Shown piece after piece: positions 49,281-64,000 of a DNA stretch of 64,000 nt; position 1 is the stretch's first letter; the number at the start of each line of letters is the position of its first letter. The DNA is from the human T2T-CHM13v2.0 reference genome, Homo sapiens. A program made the translations under genes and the position numbers. Under the pieces are notes generated by a model. It saw only the letters and a program-made list of their open reading frames with translations, searched no databases and had not been told where the DNA came from. The stretch lies in assembly GCF_009914755.1 (NCBI RefSeq), contig NC_060946.1; one strand, given 5' to 3'.

Positions 49281-51375
49281 ACTGCCCTGGTGGCCACTGA
49301 TGGAGAAATGGAGGGACAGAGGCCAGGGAGGGAGACTCTCGCTGGGGCATGGAGGGCTTCCGGGCAACAGTGCAGCCCAAACAGAGTGGGCCTTGGCCAG
49401 AGGTGGACAAAGCCAGATGCTGAGGGTGGGGTGGGCACAGCGAGAGGCAGCCACACTAGCTGCTCCCGCTGGGCCAGGCCTGGTGGATGGTGTCATCCTC
49501 CCTCACATTCCTGGATCTCAGGGACACCACTTCCCCAGGCTCAAGCAGCTGAGTCATGAGTGTCCTCCCTTCAGGGGACCCAGCCATTGGCTTGGGTAGA
49601 TTAGTTCTGATTTAACCCCAAAATAATGACTTAGTGGCTTTCCTAACTGCAGCCAGCTTTGCAGGGCCTCCGAGCTTTCAGGCCACCTCCCCTCCCAGAT
49701 GCCCTTGAGCTGGACCTGAGAAGACCCGCCCAGAGGAAGGCGAGGAAGACTCCACAGGGGTGACAGGGGCCCAGACACCCCCTATCTGCATCAGGACCCA
49801 TGTGAGCAGAGCTCACCCTGTTGTCGCCCTGGGCACTGTGGCCATCTGCCAAGGGACAGATAGATGGACCTTCCTAGTCCTCAGGCCTCAGGCCATCCAC
49901 AGGGTAAACCCACATCCACCCACATCTCCTGGAGCCTCCCCCGCCTGGGAATGGGAGCGAATGACCCCATCACACTGGTCTGATGGATGAGTGAGCAGCA
50001 CCCAGGAGGCCGGACGCGGGAGGCTTGGCCTGGCCGGCAGGGAGTGGGCGCCCTGGGCTGGGACCGGGTTTCCTGCTCCCCTCTGTCTAGGCTTTTCCTG
50101 GGGGACCTGGCCTTGGAGGCCAGCGCCTGAGGGCCCCGCAAGACAGTCAGTCTTGCTGTCACTCCCAATGCCATCTTGTGTCCCCTCTCCCCAGACCCCT
50201 CTGCTCTGGGAGACTGGTGAGTGAACACCTCGTGAGGTGCATCCTGTGTGGGCAGGATTCCGACCAAGTGCTCCGACGTGGAAGGAAAGAATGCACACTC
50301 AGGCAATCTGGGTGTGACCACCTTGCTGTCCTGCGATCTAGGGGATGAGAGGAGGTGACAAGGCCCAAGGGGGTCATGCCGCAGACATGCCCAGGCCCGG
50401 CCTGTGTGGTCAGCTGAGGGTCCTTTAGCTGCCCGTCTACTGTCCTCAGGTAGGATGCCTCGTGCTGGGAGCCAGGCCGCCCAGCACCCTTCCAGCCTCT
50501 GCTGACTCCAGCTGTGTGTCGTCGGGCATCTTACTCAACCTCTCTGTTTCTTGTCCTTCTGCGCCTAGGGTCATGATAGACCTTGCTTCCCAGCAAGCAT
50601 GGAAGAGGCTGCGAAGAACAGCTGGTGCCCAGGAAACTGGGAAGCCCTGGCTAGGTCTCAGTGCTGTGGCTGCTGGTGTTCACACCATGGGCCAATGCTA
50701 GGGATTCACAGAGGCAGGGGATGGGGTCCCTGCTCCAGGGTTCTCCCAGTCTGAGGGGCAGACATGTGACTGATGTCAACTCTCCTGGGTGGCCTGGGGT
50801 GAGAGAGAGTGACTCATCCCTGGGTGCCTTGGGGACGGTGGCCCTAGGAGGGGACTCCCCTGGCCCTGAAGAGTTGTGTGGCATCCCAGGTAGAGGGGCT
50901 GGAGGGGTAAAGCCCACCGCCATGCTCCGAGCACGCTGAGGGCTTGGTGTGAGAGTGTGGTGGATGTGGGTTGGGTGGGCTGCGAGGCCTCCAGCCTCCC
51001 ACCTGCCTGCCTTTATTGATTTCCAGGGATTCAGGACCTCAGACGCTGGGCCGGTGACAGGCCCCTGGGATTCTGGTCGCAGTCCAAAGGGTCTCTGGCC
51101 ACCCTGGGCCTGATCAAGTCCTCCCTCTATCTGGATCTATTTCTCCGTCACCAAAAGTTGGCACTTGGGTTTAGTGGCTGACAGCCCTTCTGATTCTAAC
51201 AGGAAGTGGCTCTGCAGGGTTCCGTCACGCACGCGCTGTGCTGGGGGTCCAGGAGAGGGCTCTAGGAGTCGGACGGTTGGTGGGGGAGGATGGAGTCTGG
51301 CTGCAGAGCCCAAGCATGTTTTGTGGGGGCCCGGCGGGTGAAGGGTGTCACAGCGATGGAGGTGCAAGGTGATAG

Positions 51376-51972
<597 letters not shown>

Positions 51973-52254
51973 TGAGCCTCTCCCTCCTTGTGTGAAAGCC
52001 CCTCTCCTGGATCTGGGCAGAGGGTGTGCACAGCCTCTGGAAGTGGCCTGGCGGGCATGGGGGCTCAGTGAGCACAGGGCCTGGGCTTGCAGGTGAAGCC
52101 CGAGGAGGTGGTATGGCTCCACCTGGCTGCCCTGGGGACCCAAGGTGCGGGCATGGGCACTGGCCCTCTGCCCCAGGAGAACGGCTGCCGGCCTTGACAT
52201 CTTGGCGCCTCCCCCGCTCCCTCAGCCCTGTCCCCTGCACCTAGGGCCCTGTAG

Positions 52255-52647
<393 letters not shown>

Positions 52648-53063
52648 ACCAGGTCCCATTTTAGTGACCACCCCCACACCCCGAAGAATAATAAGCCTCG
52701 ACCTTCCCCACCCACTCCTCCCCTCCTAGAGCCTGAAGCCCCAGGTGGCTGTTGACTGGAGGGGAGGGGAGCACTTTCCACTGGAATATCTGACTTCAAA
52801 CCTCTCCGGCCCCAGCTTCCTGCAGGCTCTGCCCCCTGAAACTGACAACCCAGCTGTGAAGCGGCAAACATGATCATCCCTCTCTTGTGTGTGGGAGGGG
52901 TGAAGATTCAATGAAATATCACAAGTGACACTCTCACCCAGGGCTCCCAGAGAGGGTGGCCCCAGCCCTACGACACCCATGGCCCCAGGGGAGCTCATGA
53001 CTTTGAGGGTGTCGGTGACCCTGGGGGTGCCCTGGCTCTGGACTGGGCCACCATGTGTCACTG

Positions 53064-53082
53064 CAGCCACCAGGGGGCAGCA
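53064..53082 (+). promoter_or_regulatory. CTCF motif
   Basis: CAGCCACCAGGGGGCAGCA closely matches the CTCF core consensus. Confidence 0.7.
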
Positions 53083-55237
53083 GAGGGGAGCTGTTCTGCT
53101 TTCAGGAGCTGGAGCCTGTGCTTCCTGCAAGGAGGGGGGACAAGAAGGCCCCCGGGGTCACTCGAGGCCAGCAGAGGAGTCCAGACTCCGATCCCAGCTC
53201 CACTGCTGCCTCCCGCACGCCTGGAGCCAGCCCGGCCCTCATCTGTGCACGCAGGGTGTGCTGCACCCCACCAGGCATCTCCAACTCGGAGATTCAGCTG
53301 CAGCCCTGGCCGTCAGACCCACGGGCCCTGAAGTCCAGGGGGCCCTCTCGCCCGCCTCCTGTCTGCAGATGGGGAAATTGAGGCCCAGCCGGGGCAGGGG
53401 ATTTGCCGACGTTTCGCAACAAATTCGAGTCAGAAATAGGCCCAGCTGGGCCTGCCGGCGCGGAGGCCCGCTCGGGACACTGCTGGCCAACGCAGGGCCC
53501 AGCACGGTCCCAGTCACACCCACAGCAGGGTCCTGCCAGCCTTCTCCGCTCTCCCCTGGGGGAAGTGACCCTCCTCCACCTCCCAGAGCCCACGTGAGTC
53601 CGCAGGAGGCCCCCCTGGGCCAGGTGCCAGGTGCCGAGTGGCTGCCTCCAACTCGGGGGCTGCTATGCAAGGATGTTTCCAGTTCTCCGGGTCCTTCCTT
53701 CCACCTGGGAGGTCCGGGGCTGCCGGGCCATGCTGGTCCCTGTGGCCCTAGGGCCCGCCCAGCGCAGGGCCTGGCAGGGAGAGGGGGAAACGTGGGTGAG
53801 GGAAGTGAGTCACCCCTTGGGACACTTCCCTGCTCAGTTCCTGCCTCTCAGCAGCTTCTGCGAGGCAGGTCACACCTGCAGGGGAGCCTGGCAGCGCTAG
53901 GAGAGGCAAGGGGTGGGGGTGCCGCCTTTTCATGGGGCCAAGAGGGGCCCTGAGAGGGACACCGGGTGGACAGCCCCAGGGGCCTCCTTGCTCGGCCAGC
54001 CGGCATCTCCCCCTGCTCCCAGCATAGGAGGGCCGGTGGCCTGAGTGCTCTGCTCCGTGTCCGGAAAAGACTCATGTTCCAGGAAAAAGCCGCTTGGCAG
54101 GTCGGAGCAAGCTCATGGTGCTGTTCCCAGACCCGATGCGATGCGTGTGGAGGGAGGCCTGCCCTTGCCCCCAGGGCTGCAGGGCGAGAACAGACCTTGA
54201 TTCCTGCTATAACCCTGGGCACGGCCTCTGTTTCTCCGCGTGTGCCCGGGGGCGGCGTGTTCTCAGGGCAGGGGCCTCTAAGGATCAGAGTGAGGCTGCA
54301 GGCCCAGGCTGAGGCCTGCACCACCTCGGCCGGGAGATGAGTAAATGTCTGGGTCCCCCTGGCCACTCCAGAGTGAGGCCGCCAAGCCTCCGGCCTGAAG
54401 TCCGGCTCCTGTTCTCAGACTGCCAGGCCCTTGTGCGGTGGCGTCGGGCAGGCAGGGCAGGGAGGCCACGGCAGCCATCTTCCCGGGGAGCTGGGGCCTG
54501 GCCAGCAGCGTTTCCCAGTGGCCTCCTCCTGTGCTCCGAGCTGCATTACCTCATCGGGAAGCCATTCCAGAAAGGAGCTGCGGAGCCCCTGGGAGTGGGA
54601 GTGGGGAGAGCTGCGTCAGCGCCCTCCTGGCAGCCTCGGTGCCAGACGAGGGCAGGCGTCACGCCTCCGGGTGTCTGCCTGCCGAGCGACTGCTGGGAGA
54701 GCAGCTGGCTTTTGTCAGCGTTTCGGGGTGACCGGGCTGGGCTGCAGCAGGCAGGTGGCGTGGCACGGCCCATGGCCGGCCAGCTACCAGGTGGGCAGAG
54801 GATCTATTTCAAGAGCCGGAACCAAATGGCCAGGCATGAGGGGAAGCCAGGTGCAAACTCAGTGGCAGAGACCAAGCCCTGACCCCGCAGTCCCAGGCCT
54901 CAGTTTCCCCTCAGGCCAGCCCTCCTCCCAGCACCTGTCCTCTGCTTCCTATAGCCACAAAGAGCACCAGACACGAGTGAGCAGGTGACTACACTCCCTG
55001 CTGCCCGCTGGTGTAAGCCAGAGGCCCTGCCACCCACAGCTGGCCTCCAGAGGCCTTTCTGGACCACAGGGTCAGGGCTGAGAGGGGTGGGGGTGGCAGG
55101 GGCAGCTGAGGTGCTGGAGAGGGAGGACAAGCTTCCTGCCTGTGGAGGAGACAAGGGCAGCTCCCAACCCTGCTCCTAGCCTTCCTGCCAAGTTTGGATT
55201 CCAGAAACACCTCTTGGTGCCTCAGTTTTCTCATCTG

Positions 55238-55598
<361 letters not shown>

Positions 55599-56204
55599 TG
55601 ACAATGCCCACCCAGATAATGGTTGAAAGGACTCGTGAAACCACGTAGGAGGCACAGGCAGACAGGCACTTGTGGGGGTCCATGAATGAGCCTCAGTGCC
55701 AGCTCCCCCAGGCCAGCTTCCAGCCTTCACACTGTCTGGGCCAGAGGAGTCTTCCTAAAACAGAGGACTGTGTGGAGCACTTCTCCACAGAGAAGCCTCT
55801 TGCCTCAAGTCAGTGACACTGTCCTCCAGCCCCACCCAACTGTACATGTGCCCAAGCTCATCATACTTTTCCTCAAACCCTGTCTGTCAGGAAAACTCCT
55901 ACTCACCCCGCAAAACTCCATGTGAGATGCCCACTCGCTCATCTAAAATGCCTCACAGGATTACTCTAAGAACCAAAGAAGAATATACATGTGTGAACAC
56001 ATGGGCATGGTTGCCAAGTGAGGGGCATCACACTCATGACTGTCCCCATTACTTATTAGAGCAACCATAACCAAGAATGCAGCGGTGGGCAGGAAGTGTT
56101 ACTGGGGATAGGAATTAGCAGGAAGTTTTTCTGGCTTGGAATTTAAGCCCAACTTTGGCAGATGGCAGAATTTTCAGAGAGGAAAGGAGGAAATTGGAGG
56201 CTAG

Positions 56205-56752
56205 TGTGGCAGTGTTAAATATGGCTGCAAAGTCCTTGGTCCTTCTCCCATTGAAGCGTGGGCCCTATGGCCTCTCCTCTTGAATCCAGGTGGGCTTGTG
56301 ACTACTTCAGCCAAGACAATGCGGCAGAAGTGTTGTTGGGTAACTTCCAAGGCTCACTCATAAAAGACCATATGGCTTATAACTTGGAGTCCTAAGTTGC
56401 CATCTAAGAAGGAAGTTCAACAACCTGAGACTTCCATGCTGTGAGGAAGCCCAAGCTCCATGAGGAGTCACATGGGGGTGCACTGGTTGACAGTTCCAGC
56501 CTTCCAGCCAGCCCAGCCCAGGCACCAGCCATGCGAATGCAGAAGCCATCTTGGAAGTGGATCCACCAGCAGCAGGTGTCCCGGCCCCCAGCCATTTGAG
56601 TTGTCTCGGGTGAGCCACTGAACCACACAGAGTAGAGTGGAGTTGTCCCTACTGTGCCCTTTCAGGACAGAATTCCTGAGCGTAATAAAGTGGCTGTAGT
56701 TTTAGTCACTGTTTTGGGGCTGTTTGTTATGCAGCACTAATTAACTAGAACA
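56205..56752 (+). mobile_element. MLT1 (MLT1H/G-like) solo LTR
   Basis: TGTGGCAG start, gctgtgaggaagcccaagc, aataaa, and 3' end ttgttatgcagcactaattaactagaaca. Confidence 0.8.
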
Positions 56753-59700
56753 GGTGAGAAGATCAGAACTTCCTGGTGCTTAAAGCCAGCCACACAGCCC
56801 CTCGAAGCAAGATTGTCTTAATCTGGAAGTCAGTCCCAAGAACAGGTTCTCCCCAGTGCTCTCAGCATTCCCCACCCCAGCCTGGCCCATAAGCAGTGCT
56901 TGGGGCATGCGGGGTTGCTGGAGCACTCCCAAGCCACTCCCAACACCTGGAAGGAGCCTCCCCTCCTCAGGATTCTCAGCGGCGTTTGCAGCTTGGATGA
57001 CTGTGGACCCAGAAGCTCTGGGGAGTTATCCAGGTTCTATGTGGCATGAGTATCCCTCTGTGCCTCAGTTTTCCACCCATGGAATAGGGCACGAAACTCA
57101 TAATCTCTCTGATCCCTCTCGGCTCCTACCCCACCTTCCTGGAGGCCTTGTTCATTCTCATGTGTGTCTCCCCCACATCCTCTTACCCATGTGACTCTGC
57201 CTGCCATGAAAGCAGGAGTCATGACTGCAGTCTCACGGTTGAATGTTCTGCACCTGGCACCCAGCCTAGGCCAGAGGATGGATGCCACACCACTGGTGTT
57301 TTCTGAATGAATCAATGAGTCAGTCAATAAATGGAGTGAATGAATGAACAAAAGAAAGAACTCTTTCTATACTCACTCGATCCGTTAATGTCCCCTCCCA
57401 TACAATAAAGATTCCCTTATAGCAGCCCTAGGAGTCTACCCTTGCATGCCTCACATGACAGGGAACTCACCACCTTTCAAGATAGCCTATTTCCTGTTGG
57501 GGCAACTCAGGTCAGAGAGTATTTCCCTGAGCTGGCCTCATCCCTGGCCCCTCCCCAGGAGAGTGGCTGGGGGAAGGAGTGCCGGGGGGCAGAGGAAGGA
57601 GCCCTCAGTCCCCATGGTCCACAGAGCTTGCGTCTGGTGAGTGCTGAGAGCAGGTGGAGGGACTCCAGAGCTCCAGAAACCCCTTGGCTCTCTCTGTGCT
57701 GGGCCCAGCTGAAGTCCCAGGGTGGGCGGGGGCAAGACAGTGAGTCCTGCTCTGCCCAGGGCCCAGCTGGGATAGGGCCAGCGCACCAGGAGGTCCACAG
57801 AGGCAGAGAAAGCAACCGAGCGGGAGCGGAGCTGGGGCAGGACAGGTGGTCTGTGCTGTTTCCATGGCTCCGGTGCCTCTGCCTGCCTCACTGGCCTGGG
57901 AAAAACAAGCCGGGCACTGAGCAAACAGCGCCTGTGACCGCCCCGGACAAAGGCTGGGCTGTTTAGGCAACCGGGCGGCCAAATGGGCCTCCCTGGCGGA
58001 ACACCGGTTTAGACTGGGCCCGTCGGGGCTGAGTTGCCAGGCCCCACAGCCTGTCCCTTGGGTCTCTGGGGAACAAGCTGGGGCTGGCGGTGGGGACAGG
58101 GAGTGGAGGGGAGAGGCTGGGAGGGCCGGGGCAGGCACTACCCCAGTTCTGCCCTCTGGCACCCAGTTCCCTTGCCCAGCCATTCAGGAGAATGAAGACA
58201 GCAGGATCTCAGCGGATAAAGGAATAGGGTTTCTCTGTCCAGCCACAGTGACTGGGGCTCAGCAGCAACATATCCCGTGGGACTTCCACCCTCCCAAGGG
58301 GCACCCCCAAAGAGTGACCAGTCCTGGGCCCATGTGTGAAGGGTATTTTTGCTGCTACTGTGGACAGATGCTGTCTTCGGCCCCAAGCCAGGCAAACCCA
58401 GAATGCCAGAGTGCAGTGCAGGAGGCGGTCCTCCCCCAGGGAGGGATGGGGCTGGGGACAAAAGCCCTCCACAGGGGCAACTCAGAGGCCTGCCCTCCCG
58501 GCTCAGGCTCCCGAGACAGAGCCCAGGGCCAGGCGGTGGCTGACTCCACTAGCGGAGTGCCCTGGACTGGCCGAGGCCCTCCCTCCCGGGGCCACTCACA
58601 TGAATCTTTGCTTCAGGGCCGGCTTCTGGGGAGACCCAGAGCACGACAGGAGCTCATAGACAGGCCTCTGCGGGTGCGTGGGTTACAATGGCGTCTGCGG
58701 TCCTGGAACTCAGAGGCAGAGGAGGCGGGACCCTGTCATCCCAATCACTGTGATTCAGCAGCATGGGAAGCCAAGGGGCACTGAGGCTAGAAGGACCCAG
58801 AGCTGAGGGACACTGGGCTGGCCTGCAGGGGAGAGGCTCTGATTTTAAGGAGAAAGGAGATAAGGATGGGGCCCAGGGCAAGGGGTGCCATCTACAGAGC
58901 AGCTCCCAGGCCTGCAGAAGCTCCCTGGTCTGTGTCACTGTGGGCTCCCTGGCAGTGGCATTCCCAGCACCCCTCCCGCTGCCACTTCCCCACTTGGGGC
59001 TGGACCACCGGCCTGCCTGCAGGGGAGCTTGTGGGGTCTCAGCCCAACAGCCTGGAGCCCAGGGGCAGGCAGCAGCATGCTCTGCTGACCCGGCAGCCAC
59101 ATGGGCCCCCGGAAGCTGCCTCCGAGGCAAGCTTGCACCAGCAGGATGTCAGGGCTGCCCTGGAGCCAACACTGGGGACCGAAGGGAAGGACACAGGCGT
59201 AGGCAGGGGCAGCAATTGGACCCTGTGCGTACCTGACCCTATGCGAGCTCTGCAGCTCAAAGGGACCAGAGCTGGCCTGAGTTGGGCAGAATGGGCTGGA
59301 CCTTATGCTCTGGATCGATGGGGCTGACCCACGGAAGCCAGGACCTTCGGGCCAACCCTGAAGGGACCACGGCTGAGGACTGTGTGCCCTGGAGGGAGTT
59401 CTGAGATGGGGGGTGTAGGGGTGGGGAACCCACAGGCAGGCACTGCCTCAGGGCCTCCCTCCTGTCCCATGGCCCCCAGGTGTCCTGCGGCCCCACACTC
59501 AGCCTCCTTCTGGGGGTCTGGGTGGCTGCACCTTCCATGGTGCCAGCCAGGCCTTGTGCCCATCTCCACCCCTTGCCCTCACCTGCCCCAACCCACCACG
59601 CCTTGGCGGCCTCCTCTCGGGGCTTCCTGGCCTCCACCAAGCTGCACCCACCTCCGCCCTCATCACCCAGGAGGCCTTCCCCGGCCTGGCCCGACGCAGG

Positions 59701-60099
59701 CTCCACAGTCTCTCACCAGCCTCCCAGCTGCTGGCAGTGAAATTCACAGGAGCTCCCTCTGGGGCAAGGGTGCCTCCGCCTCCTCCATGGCAGCGTCCCC
59801 AGCCCTGCACGGGGCCCCCAGTGAACACATGGGCTGAATAAATGAGTGAGGGCATGAGGGACGCATGAACACACGAATGAGAGAATGGCACTGGGGGTCC
59901 GTGAACAGCTTGTTGCATTGAAGATGGTGAAGGATTTTCATCCTGGTCCAAGCATGGAGGCCTCTCTAGAAACCGTCCCTTCCAGCTCCATGAGGGGTGA
60001 ACTCTGAGCTCAGAGGCCATGGGGCCAAGTGCAGAAAATGGCTTTGAACTCTGGAGGAAGGAAAGAAGCCACCCTCCAGGAAGGAGTAAGAACCGCTCT

Positions 60100-61318
<1,219 letters not shown>

Positions 61319-62817
61319 ATCCCTTCCAATATTTCCGAGGCCAGCTGCCCAGAGAAGGAGGGCTGGGTGGAGAGGACCGTGCCAGCAGCAGTAGGCCTGG
61401 GCCAGGAGACAGGCACGCACCTCCGCGGTCTCTGGCGAGTCTATGTCCACACAGCGGCAGGACCTCCACCCCCAGCCACCTGCAGCAGCCCCACATCTCC
61501 ACCGGGTCACCCTGCTGACATCAAGAGTGCCTCCCGCAATGTCCCAACCCATGAGGGCTTCTTGGAGCTGAACCAGGGCACCGGCCACTTCTGGAGGGGG
61601 GCTGCTCGTGACTTCCGACCTCTGTCTCGCTAGTTGGCATGAGAAGACTGGACTCCTTCTGCAGGCCTCAGGGCAGAGGCAGATGTCAGCCCCCAGGGAT
61701 GTCACTGCCAGAACCCCAGATGCCCCAAGCCATCTGGACTCCCCCTGTGCAGTATCTCTGCTACAATAAAATGTACCCAGATCTGAGTCCTCTCACCTGG
61801 GCGACTGCCAATGTCCCCTGCGGCCCTATACCCCGCCCCCAGGAGCCCAGAGGATCTTTCTTTTTAAAGATATTCAGACCTCACAGATAAGTCTGCCCTG
61901 ACCAGCCCCTCCCCAGTTCCCAGGCCCTATCCTGACAACGGCCACAACTTCAGAGCAGCTGAAACCTGCTGTGAGTGAAAAATGAGAAGCTGTTGTTTTA
62001 ATTTTACTTTCTCTGATTACTAATGAGGTTATTTCTTCTCTGCATAAAAACTTCATTCGTGTTTAATTGGATTTTTGTCTTTTTGTTAATGTATAGGAGC
62101 TCCTTTTGTTCTTACATATATTATGAATTCAAATTCTTATAGATAAAGATTAATGTTTAGAGGCAAAATCATGGTTCTCATGCAAATACAAATTGAACAC
62201 ACCTAAGATTTTATTTAACTCGTTAATAAGGGAACCAGTAAGGTTAAAACCAGTTCAAAGGAGAATTGGAAAGACAGATGTGTAGGCAACAAGGAAAGCT
62301 GAAACAGCTTTGCTTATTGGTGCAAAGTGCTTAATATCATAGAGAGCAATAAAGTGTACTGTTTGGGATTATCTTTTCCATGGGACAGAATTCAGTTCAG
62401 TCTCTATGGAGCAAAATTCATTTGCATTCTATGGGCAGGATCATTGGCCTTATAATTGGTTTTCTATAAGTTAATTTCTCCCCTGACAGAGTTGTAAAAT
62501 AGCTGAGTCCATAGCATAGCAGTTGAAGAAGGACCCCATCGAATGAGATCATTCCCAGCGGGGTCACTAGACAGATGCCACTTAGCACACCACTGAAAGG
62601 ACACCCGCCTTAAGCCCATTTCCAAGTCTATGACATTTTTTTGCTCTATGTCACTTATCTTTTCACTTTGTTGTCTTTTGTCCTGAAGTGATGTTATCAT
62701 TAACCAATGGTTTCATCTGTGATTTGTGCTTTCTGTATCTTGTTTAAGACATCTTTGCAACCCATATAGAAACACACTCAATTTTTTTTTGCAAGTTGAC
62801 TTAAAGTATTGCTTTTC

Positions 62818-63455
<638 letters not shown>

Positions 63456-64000
63456 TAATTCCTGTATACATCTTATAATCTAGCAGGGCAAGTTCTCACC
63501 ATCTTCTTCTTCTGCTTCCAAATAGTCCCGACTATTCTTGGACATTTCCATTCCCATATGAATTACAGAAGCAGCTTGTCACAGAAATCCCATCTCTCTC
63601 TTTTGTCCTTGAGAGGTTTAGTGTCAGGTTTCTTGTATGTTTTAGCCCTACCATAAATGGGAGATTTAAGTTTTGTTACATCTTCTAACTTGCAATTGCT
63701 GGTAAATAGGAACACTGCTTATGACTGATGAGGATCTGATGTCAATCTGATGAATTTTCTCTAGAACCAGTAGCTTTTATTTATTAGTAGATTTATGGAT
63801 TTTTTTTTTTTACTCGTAGCTTTAGATTTTTTTCTCTCTATCCTAGATGTTCTGAAATTCCATTATGAGGTACCTTCTAGTGGAATGTTGAGATTTTAAT
63901 TTGTGTTCTTTCATTTGTCCTACTTGGCATTCACTGAGCACTTCCAATCTGAGGACTCACCTCTTCCTTCAGTTCTAGGGGATTCCTGTTTAATGTATCA

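Noticed and set aside
61367-61633. Coding-looking stretch (THEGFLELNQGTGHFW) as a possible pseudogene fragment
   Set aside because: I cannot assign a parent gene. No poly-A or TSD. tBLASTn would be needed.

Overview
Human (primate) genomic DNA, GC-rich and rich in Alu, MIR, L1, L2 and LTR repeats. It contains the 5' end of WNT7B on the minus strand (chromosome 22q13 from established knowledge). The canonical first coding exon (MHRNFRKWIFYVFLCFGVLYVKLG, 23285-23355) and the alternative first coding exon (MLLLSPRSALVSVYCPQIFLLLSSGSYL, 18755-18837) each sit in their own CpG island and each end in a phase-2 GTGAGT donor. Positions 1-18754 are intron 1 (exon 2 lies off the left edge) and ~24-64 kb is upstream intergenic/regulatory DNA. 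Nearly all long ORFs in the track are artefacts of GC richness or simple repeats. I see no convincing new gene or wholly new system. The strongest leads are: (1) a candidate third, CCAAT/TATA-driven, phase-compatible first exon lacking a signal peptide at ~17.55-17.69 kb; (2) parallel ~20-codon uORFs in both known first exons; (3) a head-to-head Alu pair with swapped target-site duplications, implying an Alu-mediated micro-inversion at 38.0-38.7 kb; (4) a template-switch hairpin inside an Alu; (5) an inverted CA-rich/TG-rich block upstream of the promoter; (6) a dimeric higher-order GGAT VNTR; (7) a 19-bp GRHL/AP-1 palindrome and two strong CTCF motifs. Repeat subfamily names come from remembered consensus sequences and need RepeatMasker/Dfam confirmation.
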